A DNA stretch of 64,000 nt from Mizuhopecten yessoensis (taxonomy: Eukaryota), in the NCBI RefSeq assembly GCF_002113885.1, contig NW_018406560.1, positions 361,713 through 425,712 on the forward strand, read 5' to 3'. The notes under the pieces were generated by a model. It searched no databases, was not told where the DNA came from, and was given only the letters and a program-made list of their open reading frames with translations. Shown here one piece after another: positions 50,903 to 61,825 of the stretch. A program made the translations under genes and the position numbers. Within the stretch, counting starts at the first letter, position 1. Each line of letters starts with the position of its first letter.

Positions 50903-51712
50903 AACTGTACCTCACACTTAATACACCGTACCTCACATTTAATACACTGTACCTCACACTTAATACACTGTACCTCACATTTAATACACCGTACCTCACA
51001 CTTAATACACTGTACCTCACACTTAATACACCGTACCCCACACTTAATACACCGTACCTCACATTTAATACACTGTACCTCACACTTAATACACTGTACC
51101 TCACATTTAATACACCGTACCTCACACTTAATACACTGTACCTCACACTTAATACACCGTACCCCACACTTAATACACCGTACCTCACATTTAATACACT
51201 GTACCTCACACTTAATACACTGTACCTCACATTTTAATACATGTTCACTTAAGTACCTCACATTTTAATACAATGTACTTCTTTTTTAATTACACAGTAC
51301 CTTATATCTAAATACAACATATCTCATATTTTAATACACTGTATCTCATATTTTAATACACTGTATCTAACATTTAAATACACTGTACTTAACAATTAAA
51401 TACACTGTACCTCATATGCTGTATTAAATTTTAATAAACTGTACCTCATATTTAAATACACTAGCTACCTGAATTTGAATATATTGTACCTCAAATTTAA
51501 ATACACTGTACCTCATATTTAAATACACTGTACCTCATATTTAAATACACTACCTCATATTTGAATATATTGTACCTCAAATTCAAATACACTATATCTC
51601 ATATTCTGATATGATGACATACTTCATTTAAATACACTGTGCCACATATTTAAATACGTATACACTGATTTTCATAGTTGAAATATACACTGTACCTCAC
51701 ATTTAAATACAT
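50903..51712. repeat. Minisatellite, 21-bp unit (TACCTCACACTTAATACACTG), degenerating rightwards
   Basis: Homogeneous 50905-51235, diverged to ~51710; lies between the XKR and RGN start codons. Confidence 0.93.
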
Positions 51713-52290
51713 TAACCACACACATAAACATAAAATATTATACATAAATGAGCTGCTAGTGCTGTTCTTAATTGTTGAAAATATAGTATAACTTTGATGC
51801 ACATGTCTGTAAAATATAGAATCAAAGATAGAGAGATTCTTTCAGGCAAAACACACCCACAATATCAGTTTTTAACAGAAAGAAAATATCACATGAAACA
51901 TTAAACTGGTATTGAAAGGAGTTTAAGGTAAAAAGTAAGATATTCTGTTTAATAACTTGTACTACTGAACATCCTTTCATATTCCCAGGTCTCACAATTT
52001 TTTTCAATCATATTAATCATGGAATACACAAAAATAAGTACCCCTGGTATGAACATGTTGCTGTACAGTGGAATTGTTTTACCTCATTACATGATAGTTG
52101 TGGAAACATGAAATAAGGGAGAAAAGCAGAAACAAAGAATTTAACCACTGTGTTTACTTTTATTGGATACAAAACTTTCAGGATAAAAAGCTTGTAAATG
52201 TGATGGAGATCTGATCAATATGTTTTCATTTTGTATCTATATTGGTAGACAGGTACTAATACTTAACATGTGCTGTTGAAGTCACTTAGG

Positions 52291-52447
52291 ATGTCTGTAG
52301 AAGTGGCTATCAAGAATGGCGCCCAGACGATTGGGGAGGGACCACACTGGGACGTTGGGACAGGGACCCTCTTGTACGTCGACATCATGGAAGGGGACGT
52401 TCACCGGTGGAGTCCCTCAACTGGTGTTCATGAGAAAGTTCACCTAG
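52291..52447 (+). CDS. RGN: RGN coding exon 1
   Basis: [21 protein letters not shown]...HL, G|gtaaga. Confidence 0.93.
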
Positions 52448-55400
52448 GTAAGAAATATAAATATGGATCAGTAAACTTTGAGTGACACATATGTTGCATA
52501 TTTTGGGTGATCTGGTAGTACAGTGGATAGCGCACTCATCCATCACAAAGACTGCCATGATCTGATTTCCCTGATAGGTCACTTTCCAGATCACAAGGGT
52601 TTTTCTCCAGGTACTCCAGTTTCCTTCCACATTAAGACCTCCTACATGATTTCATCTGAGCCAAGAAAAGTGATCAATATTATTAAGGAAAACTTACTTC
52701 ATAATTGATCATATGTGTTGCAATAATATAGCTGTAATGATGTACTTCAAATGATAAATATTAAAAAAAACAATCAAATGATTAAATACAGTTTTCCCAA
52801 TTATATGTAACATGCATGTTTCTAGGGGGACAGGCTGTGGACGGTCTCTGTAGATCACACATTTTCTGTCGAGATATCCTCTAAAGAATACACTCCCTGT
52901 TTCTTTACTAGAAAATCTCATAATTACCATGCATGTTCTTCCCCTTATATCGATTTTGCTTTTAAGCTTACAGATCTGGTCCAAAGGGCTAGGGGCGAGC
53001 TTATGACATACCATGGCTTCCATTGTCGATCTGTCACCAATTCCTTCAAACGACTTCTTCTTCACTGCTGAATGGAATTCGACTAAAAACATCTGTAGGT
53101 GGTGGGGATTTAAAATTGCAAAAATAAAAGGGACTTGTTCCCTGCGTAACTGGGCTAGGGGACTGGCCTTATCCCTAAGATCTTATTTGCAATAGAACTA
53201 TCATTGAAAATTCTTTTCCATGATTGCTTAAATATCCAGTCGAGTGATACAGGCCCTCTTGGCCTCTTATTTTGATTTGCCAGAAAGCCCAGTGACCCTG
53301 ATAGTGCCAAATAAGAATGGAGGCTATATCATTGCTCAGAACAGAAGTATATGTCACCTAGACTGGGATACAGCAAAACTTACAACCATACATACTGTGG
53401 AGGAGGGAACAAGTAACAGGTTCAACGATGGGAAATGTGACAGGAATGGAAGACTTTGGGCAGGTAAATATTGCATACTGTTGCGGAGGGAACAAGTAAC
53501 AGGTTCAACGATGGGAAATATGACAGGAATGGAAGACTTTGGGCAGGTAATATTACATACTGTGGTGGAGGGAACAAGTAACAGGTTCAACGATGGGAAA
53601 TATGACAGGAATGGAAGACTTTGGGCAGGTAATATTACATGCTGTTGTGGAGGGAACAAGTAACAGGTTCAACGATGGAAAATGTGACAGGAATGGAAGA
53701 CTTTGGGCAGGTAATATTACATACTGTGGTGGAGGGAACAAGTAACAGGTTCAACGATGGGAAATGTGACAGGAATGGAAGACTTTGTGCAGGTAAATAT
53801 TACATACTGTTGCGGAGGGAACAAGGAACAGGTTCAACGATGGGAAATGCGACAGGAATGGAAGACTTTATTTTAAATTTGGGCAGGTAAAGATTATATA
53901 CTGTTGAGGAGGGAACAAGTAACATGGTTCTCTTGAATGACATTGAGTCAGATATACTAATATGTTGCCTGTAGCTTAATTTAAGGTTACAAGTTAAGTG
54001 ATGGAGACCCATTGGGCCTCTTGTTGTTGATTGTAGGAACAATGGGCGTTGAGTTGAAAGACAGTGTGGAGATAGAGTGTGGGACCTTGTACAGTGTAGA
54101 CAGTTCAGGGGTCAAGGGTCACCAAGACAAGGTCACCATTTCCAACGGCATAGCCTGGTCGGGGGACAACCAGACAATGTATTTCATTGACTCCCCGCTG
54201 AAGCAGATCTTCGCCTTTGATTATGATGCAGAAACTGGAAATATCAGTAAGATGGTTTGTTTGAAATAATAATTCATATTGAAGTTTGGCTTGAAACAAC
54301 ATCAGAGACATAAGTATTATTAGCTCACCTGGCCCGAAGCATGGCATCCATCATATGAATATCGTCATTATGTCTGACCGTCTGTCCGTCCAGTGTCAAT
54401 TTTGTAGCTCACTTAGCCCGAACTACTACTAGTCCTTAACGGCTCAGTTGATTTTGGTGTGGAACATCATTGGCCAAATGGTTCTCATTTGTGTATAAAC
54501 AGGTGGTATGGTATGGCCCAATAGGGGAAATAGAGAAAAATATTTCTCCTTCTGTACAAATGAAGAGATTTAAGCAAAATGTAATTTGGAGCATCCTTAG
54601 CATAAAAAGATTCAATTTTGTATAAACTGAGGCTGTGACCCCACCCCCCGTTTGGGAAGAGGGGTGGGCCCGAATTCAATTCAATGACAAAATGAAAGGT
54701 AAGTACACAAAACATTCTTTCTCTTGTTAAATTGGGAACCATGTACATTAGCTAGTGTTTGTTGGCATCCCTGATATCCAGAGGCTATGCTCTCTACACC
54801 CCTGGAACATGTCATAGCGAAATTGAAGGCACGAAGATGGCTGTTTGATTGGTCTCAGGTAAAAAAAAACAATCGCTAGGCTGATACCTGTCCTTTGAAG
54901 ATTACAAAGGAGAGACGTCTGACTTCAAAGCCTGTCAATTTTTACCGTTATGTGACTGCAAGATTCTTTTGATGTACTTCAAAGGATCAAACTAGTCATC
55001 TCGTCACAAGGTGGCACCCACTGAGCCTTCAATTTTGCTATGACATATTCCAGGGGTGCAGAGAGCAAAAGTGAGCGTTACCCCTGGACATCGAGGATGG
55101 TCTGTTGGAGGGTTAGTTATAAATGCCCTTTGGCCGTGGCATTCACATGTTAGTGTTATTGGTAATAAGCTTACCTGCTTAGTCACTGGCAAGATATATA
55201 CGTATCTATAGACAACCGTTGGTGATTCTATTGTAATCACCAAATAAATATATCTTCATTGCTCAAGTGTCTAGTTAGGGATTTGAGTCTTATTCTTTAA
55301 TAATAATAATTTGAGGTTCTTATAAACCGCTTTATCACAACCTAGTTTGTAGGTCGTCACAAAGCGGTTCACAAATTATTATCAGTGGTTATAGGGCCTT

Positions 55401-58156
55401 TGCAACCAGCCAATATCTTTCTCAACTCCCTGGGGAGCATACAGCCAGTGCTGCCATTTCGGCGCTCACAGCTAGCTAGCATTCAACAATTCTAGCACTG
55501 CCCAACTACGTACTCATTTACAGCTGAGTAGACTGGAACAAGCGGAATAAAGTATCTTGCTCAAGGATACAACACAGTGCCGTGACGTGACTCGAACCCG
55601 CAACCGTTCAGTCACGAGCCAGGCGTCCTACCACTAGACTACCGTGCCTCCATTCTTTGCATTAGACGGGGAATTAGATCAGACCACGGTTTAGTAGATT
55701 GACTGAGTTAGCTATAAGTGCGACTCGGCCAAATAGTACAGCAATATGGCTAAGCGGACATTCTAGACGCGTTTGTCCCGAACAGCAATACTAGCCTCTC
55801 TGGTCGTCCTGCGTTAGTTCAGCATCTCTAGCAGGGGGTTATCGTTTGGTCACGTTCTGGACACTGTTCGTTCTCCATTTGGTTACAAAAATTTGGATAT
55901 TGTACATAGTTATAACTGTACATTGTAGCTGTTTCTCTAAGGGCCAAAGATTCGGTCAGTATAAATAGCTTAATCATGTCAAAATCAGTTAGCACAAAAT
56001 GTACAAAGAATGATAACAGATTAGCAGTATTTGAGATACTAGACAATCGCAGTCCCATTCCCATCATATCTTATAAAATAGTTATAAAAAGTTATAAAAT
56101 AGTTATAAAAAAGTTATAAAATAGTTATAAAAATGTCGGGTGGAAAGGGATTATTATACGGCATATCAAATTAACTTTTACTTTGAGTGAATTAAACTTC
56201 AACAAAAAAATCAGAAGAAAACACTTTTAATTTTTATCCCCACACACAATGAAATCGGCCAGAGATATTGAAGCAGAGGGTGGTCGGGTGGGGCAGTGGG
56301 TAGCGTACTTGCCTTTCACCAAGGCGGCCGAGGTAAAATAGATTCCCCGATTGGACGTGAAAATGTATAGGGTCACCTGGCCGACTACGTGGGTTTTCTC
56401 CAGGTACTCCGCTTCCTCCCACAATAACAACCCCGCGCACTAATTATAACATCCTTGCCAATTAACAAGAGTGATTAGTATAAGTTGAAATAACTTGTTT
56501 CATAGTTGTTGTAAAGTAAGTTTATATTTTAAACATAGTTTTGTCTATCCTTTAATGCAGATTAAGAAGAATTTTCAGTTCATGTCTGGGTACCTCTATA
56601 ATCAGTTCTAGATGATAATTACTTGCATGAATGATGCAGTTATGGCCCCTTACCCGTATACATGCCGAGGACGTTGAAGTTTACCAAAAATTAATGCTTC
56701 AGTGAAAAATGCAGATTTCTTGATATTCCCTTCTTTATCTCTTCAAGAAGAGCTCTTCAAGACGTCTATATCTGGGTGACTGTAGGTGCCACAAGAGTAA
56801 TCCTGCAATAAACCTCGGTGATTAAGGTCATGTTGCTCTGTACATGTTGCAGCTGCTGAACTTGACCTAAATTTGTGCTTGATTGACTTGGTTCGGAAGA
56901 AATTACCCACATTTTTGTGATCATGTATTGTGTCAACAAGAATTTTAAGTCCATATCTGGGTAACTAGAAGTGCTACATATATTATGCTTTAAAGCAATA
57001 TGGTTTTAAACTAAATATTTTATTTAAATAGTTTCTAAATGTAGTTAAGAAATGCAGCAATTAAATGTGCCATGTTAAGTACTTTGTACATGTTTATAAT
57101 ATATACCTTGCCATGGACAATTGTCTAGAATGTAATATCACAACTTGGACATGTAATCCAGGTTTGTCAAAAATACAGAGGTTACCATGGTCTTAAATTT
57201 AGCAGAAACATTTCAACATCTTTTCTCATTAACTCATTTACCCCTGAAATTTCACAATGAACTATTCCATCCTTTGAATTGGAATAGTTCAAATGTGTCT
57301 TCAGGGGTGAATGAGTTAACATACCATAAGAACTAGGTGAGTAATACAGAACCGACTGGCATCTTGTATTTTGATATTCTAAGTTTGTAACACAAAGGCT
57401 GTCTGTATCTACAATAATTCTCTTCTGCTACCAATACAAACAAGTCTTCCTTATATGGACTTTGTTGCTGTTGCCTAGGTAACAGAAGAGTTGCTGTACA
57501 TGTAGCCTACGGCTGTCCAGACGGTATGACGATTGACACGGAGGATAAGTTATGGGTTGCCTGTTTTTCAGCTGGACGAGTTGTAAGATATGACCCTGAG
57601 ACAGGTAAGTAGAAAGATGTTACCTTGAGTTAATGTCTTCAAATTGTAAAATGTGTGGAAATATCTTTTTTTAAATTATTTGAAGAAATTCCCTAATACA
57701 AACACCTTTTTCTGATTACTGTAGGTGGAAAAAAAATTTCTACTACAAATTTGGGGGAACCACGATACCTTTCTATATGTAGCAGGAATGTCTTTGTGAA
57801 AAATGTTTTATTCCAGATTTAAATTTAGTCACAGTTGGTATTTGACACAAAAAGACAGTCTTATTTACCTATTGCTACAAAATTTAGCTCTTGATTATAA
57901 TTAGATCATCTGTTTTTGTACAGGTAAAGAGCTAAGAGTGGTTGAGATCCCAAGCAAGCGGATGACATCTTGTTGTTTTGGGGGAGATAACTTAGAGGAT
58001 CTCTATGTGACCTCATGTGCCAAACATGTATCTGTGGAGAGCCTCACTTTGGAGGAGGTGCTCAAACAGGAACCACTGGCTGGATCTGTATTCAGAGTAA
58101 CAGGACTTGGGGTCAGAGGTCACGCAGCTAATAAATTTGGTGCTGTGGTCACCTGA
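52291..58156 (+). CDS. RGN: Regucalcin / SMP30 (gluconolactonase family), join(52291..52447,53284..53463,54037..54246,57479..57604,57924..58156), 301 aa
   Basis: 906 nt in frame, four phase-1 GT-AG introns; motifs [69 protein letters not shown]; metal-ligand Glu/Asn/Asp equivalents present. Confidence 0.96.
52505..52705 (+). mobile_element. Degenerate V-domain SINE
   Basis: tRNA-like head and GGGTTTTTCTCCAGGTACTCCAGTTTCCTTCCAC V-domain motif; similar to 56278. Confidence 0.6.
53284..53463 (+). CDS. RGN: RGN coding exon 2
   Basis: ttgccag|AA AGC; ends [17 protein letters not shown]|gtaaat. Confidence 0.94.
53391..53925 (+). repeat. 82-83-bp tandem repeat made of the RGN exon 2 3' end plus its splice donor (6 full copies and 1 partial)
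   Basis: Copies start at 53391, 53474, 53556, 53638, 53720, 53803, 53897; CAG|GTAA at 53464, 53547, 53629, 53711, 53793, 53887. Confidence 0.95.
54037..54246 (+). CDS. RGN: RGN coding exon 3
   Basis: ttgtag|GA ACA ATG; ISNGIAWS...[12 protein letters not shown]; A|gtaaga. Confidence 0.95.
54318..54728 (+). mobile_element. pearl/HINE-type element fragment
   Basis: TTATTAGCTCACCTGGCCCGAAG start, GTCTGTCCGTCC microsatellite, typical core repeat remnants. Confidence 0.6.
54766..55099. mobile_element. MITE with ~65-bp terminal inverted repeats
   Basis: TGCTCTCTACACCCCTGGAACATGTCATAGCGAAATTGAAGGC versus GCCTTCAATTTTGCTATGACATATTCCAGGGGTGCAGAGAGCA. Confidence 0.75.
55299..55651 (-). mobile_element. 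Full-length tRNA-derived CORE-type SINE with (ATT)n tail and 7-bp TSD
   Basis: - strand A box TAGTCTAGTGG, B box GGTTCGAGTC, CORE-like TCCTTGAGCAAGATACTTTA...CAGCTGTAAATGAGTAC; ATTCTTT at 55292-55298 and 55652-55658. Confidence 0.85.
56278..56525 (+). mobile_element. V-domain SINE
   Basis: GGGTGGTCGGGTGGGGCAGTGGGTAGCG head; GTGGGTTTTCTCCAGGTACTCCGCTTCCTCCCAC V-domain motif. Confidence 0.7.
57229..57319. mobile_element. TTAA-flanked MITE, family B
   Basis: TTAA-CTCATTTACCCCTGAA...TTCAGGGGTGAATGAG-TTAA, 91 bp. Confidence 0.88.
57479..57604 (+). CDS. RGN: RGN coding exon 4 (not in the ORF track)
   Basis: ttgcctag|GT AAC; [43 protein letters not shown]|gtaagt. Confidence 0.95.
57924..58156 (+). 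CDS. RGN: RGN coding exon 5 (terminal)
   Basis: tttgtacag|GT AAA; [17 protein letters not shown]...[18 protein letters not shown]. Confidence 0.95.
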
Positions 58157-58332
58157 TTCAGATCTGACGGGATAGTTCACCAGGGTCAAAGTTCACTTGG
58201 GCTTTTACCTCTGAGTTTACTGTTAAGATGTAAATCTCAGGAAATATAAATATTAAAGTACATGTAACAATCAGTAGTGATTTGTTTATACGAGGTAATC
58301 TCTGTGTTTATTATGTTGGCTGTTCTTATCAA

Positions 58333-58790
58333 CAGGTCGGGGAAAACCACTAACTTGCGTATCACACCCAAACTTGCTTATTATAACCCAATAGGGGTAT
58401 GGATTTGTTACTAAAAATAGCCAAAATCACTTTAATCTTAACTTTTTCAAATTGTTTGTCCAAGTCGCATTTATTCAGTCATGAAACATAATACAAATGC
58501 AAAAATAAACTTTATTTGCATGTGTGAAAGTACCAAAAATAGATGCAGTTAGCCAATACTTCCGGTAACATACATCAAGTTTCTAATTATAAGAGGCCAA
58601 AGCTTTCAGTAAACATCTTTTAGGAAAATATTATTAACCTTGTCGTAAATTAATGTGATTTTTAATAATATCTTGCTAAAGTTACTGTTAAAGCGATTTG
58701 GGTTATTTTTAGTAACAAATCCATACTACAACTTGTGTATAATAGGCAAGTTTGCATATTACATGCAAGTTGGTGGTTTTCCCCAACCTG
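58333..58790. mobile_element. MITE with long (~110-bp) imperfect terminal inverted repeats
   Basis: CAGGTCGGGGAAAACCACTAACTTGC...GTATGGATTTGTTACTAAAAATA versus TATTTTTAGTAACAAATCCATAC...GCAAGTTGGTGGTTTTCCCCAACCTG. Confidence 0.8.
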
Positions 58791-59998
58791 ATTAAACCCA
58801 AGCACTAAAGTTAGTGTGCCGTGGTCAGATGAAATCAGCTTGACCATCTTTAGACAATAGTTTAAAAAAAAACAATGTTTTACTAGATGTATTCATTCAA
58901 TCCATACATACATAATCATATTTAACATTTACAAATGCAAGGGAAATAACTCTTACACGATTACATAACTTTTACCCTTACAAATCTAGTATCAAGGATA
59001 AGGCGATACAAATTACAACTACAACTTTTACGAAATACAATCAAACTGAAGATTTGACTCAACACAAAGTTACTGGACAATATACTAAAATCACAGATAG
59101 CAGTCTAGCGACATAGACCTTCTCAAATCAATACGATATACTTTTACATAAAAAAACACTATAATGTACCTGAGTATGGCACAAGGCCTTGGCTACAACC
59201 TTTATGTACGACGCCTTCTTCAATCACATGCGATACGGATATACTGTAATTAAATAAAAGGCATCTAAATGAATTTATCAAACCTTAGCCAAATGAGCAC
59301 AATGTAATAACGCCTCTTACAAAAAATCAAATTACATGACCTCCATTATTAAATTTTAATATAAAAAAATACATTAATCATATCCGATTTCTTATTAAAT
59401 GAATAACAAATCATCTACACTTAGATTAGATCCAAATAGAATAATCACTCAAATAAAACACATAATACATATACGTTGGGTATTACACAAAGACAAAGAA
59501 ACACTTACATTACATCTCTTCTTCGGTCACCTATGAGTCCTCAAAAGGTACTAGCATGATTTATTAGCCCACAAAGAAAACAGGCGCCAAAACTGACCAC
59601 CCAGAACGAACCAATGCCACTTCTGACCAATGAACAACTGTATGGTATACCAACGTAACGAGCAGAACACCACAATGCACCTGTAGATATAACATCACAG
59701 CATAGAATACAACACGCGGACCCGGTAGTTACATTAGTATCAACGATACATTACTCGGACTGTGAAATATATACATGGACAGTCGACGCGCTACGGACGG
59801 ACTTATTATCTCTGTTACAATTTTATGCATGATATGGGCCATTCTCATTAAAGCATTGAGTAAAGGCAGTATACTGGAATCACCTCGTCCGTATATTTAG
59901 ACATAACATTGCCCAGACAATGATTACCTCAGTTTCCATCTGATTTCCTTGAAACATTGTAGGCGTACATGTATCCGCTACCATTTGTATTTTGCTCA

Positions 59999-60610
59999 CG
60001 TGTAACAGCCACTTCTTTCCCCCACTGAACGTTTCCCGGAGTGTTTCCCCCACTGAACGTTTCCCGGGGGTGTTTCCCCCACTAGATAGTTTTTTCCCGA
60101 AATTAGCTAGCTATTTTTTTTTTTTTTTACCAGGGGAAGAAATTAACTAGCTGGGGGAAAAAATCAGCTAATAATTATAATAATAATATACAACATTTAT
60201 ATAGCGCACTATATAATTTTAAAATTACTCTTAAGCGCTTTACAACATATGAATAATAGTAATGATTATAATTGTGAAAACAAAAAACAAAGGCTTGCAA
60301 TCACTTTTATACATTAAAGCAAGCAATGTGCACATAATTGAACAAATAAAAGGGTGGTATTTACATGACGTCTTTGCAGGGATTCTAAAATGCAGACGTG
60401 AAGAGGTGAGTTTTGATGTCCCTCTTGAACTTGGCAAGGGTATTTGACTTTCTAATAGCAGATGGTAAGCTATTCCATAACGCAGCCGAAACCCTCACAG
60501 AGCATCTGTTTCCGTAGGTCACAGTACGAGATTTTGGGACACACAAAAACTAGCAGATTTTTTTCCCCAGGGAAACTTTCAGACGGGGAAAGTATTGGCT
60601 TTTGCACCGG
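59999..60610. mobile_element. MITE with inverted termini, interrupted by a LINE fragment
   Basis: GTGTAACAGCCACTTCTTTCCCCCACTGAACGTTTCCC versus GGGAAACTTTCAGACGGGGAAAGTATTGGCTTTTGCAC. Confidence 0.6.
60171..60546 (-). mobile_element. 3' fragment of an L2/CR1-group LINE (ORF2 C-terminus, 3'UTR and (TTA)n tail)
   Basis: - strand translation LCVPKSRTVTYGNRC...ALWNSLPSAIRS, frameshift, FKRDIKTHLF; tail GTAAAGCGCTT...GTGCGCTATATAAATG...TTATTATTA. Confidence 0.82.
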
Positions 60611-61825
60611 GAACAGATTGCTATAAAGTTTCCTCAAATAAATGACCCTGACTTACTTTCAAGATAACAAAGGTCAAACATGTAAAAAAAAACCTTTAAA
60701 CACCTTCTTTTGAATAACAAAGAGGCATAGAGCAATGCTGTTTGGCCAGTAGGTACATGTACCTGGGACAGAGTGCTACGAAGTGTCCTAAATTACGTGA
60801 CCTTCACCTTCGTTCAAGGACACAGGGATCAAATAAGTAAATATCTTTCAACAACTTCTCCTACAATGGCAGGAGGCACTGGGCGATGATATTTTACCAG
60901 TAGCATGCTGGGATAGAGTAATATGAAGTTTCATTTAGTCTGGGACTTTCATAGGCCAAGGTGACTCATTATAGGAAAATATTTGCCAAAGAACTTTTAT
61001 TGAGAATATAATTTGGTATTTCCCGGCCTAGGGACATAGCCCATTGCCTTCCTCACCTGGGCGAACGCTCACATTAAAACCAAAAGTGAGGCGTTACCAA
61101 GAGCAGCGCTAGAAAATAAAAGATAGTTAGAAGTTAGAAATCTAAAGATCCTAAATTTTGCAATGATTGCAGCAGATTTACTCTGGTCGCTTAAATGAGA
61201 CTTTGTCAATATTTATACTAAGACTGATGTTCGAATTCCATCAAAATCAAATTACTGGTTGTGTTTGAAACTTTGGCAATACAAAGACTATAAATAGTCT
61301 AAGACAATTTAAAGTTTGAGCGAAATCTGTCTTCAATAAGAAGAAATCATATAACTGTGACTTCTACTCCTAAAACACAAGAGGCCGCTGGTCGGCTTTT
61401 TGTTACGCGGCGCCTGTCAAAAGTATCTCGCCCTGTTAACCTCTGACACTGTTGGAGTACTGTCACGTCATGTCATAAAATGCATCTGAATGAACAATAT
61501 TAGTCCTTTCACTTTATCCACTGATACCTGTGTGTTTATTGACAACAAGGAACAACAAGTAATGAAAACAATTCAAACTCGTCATCAATAAATGACTACG
61601 TGTAGCTCACACGTAGACAACGCATACCGTCGTTTATATTTTTTATCTTTCTATTATTTTCCTGTTATAGTTGGGTTTGGGCATGGTTCCTGTTTTGAAC
61701 AGGAGTAAAAGTCAGAAATCTGCCATTGAAACCCCCATCCTTACCCTTCTTGTCCACAGGGGCCTCATCCTATGACCTGACCTGTTAGTGATAGTCGCCA
61801 AAGCACTTCCTACGGAAGAGCATTA

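Noticed and set aside
50862-51261. (CIKCEVQ)n Cys-rich and (SVRYSVL)n ORFs
   Set aside because: 21-bp minisatellite translations.
53474-53890. Second regucalcin paralogue or mutually exclusive exons
   Set aside because: Copies contain only the exon 3' end and donor, without the exon's acceptor or 5' half.
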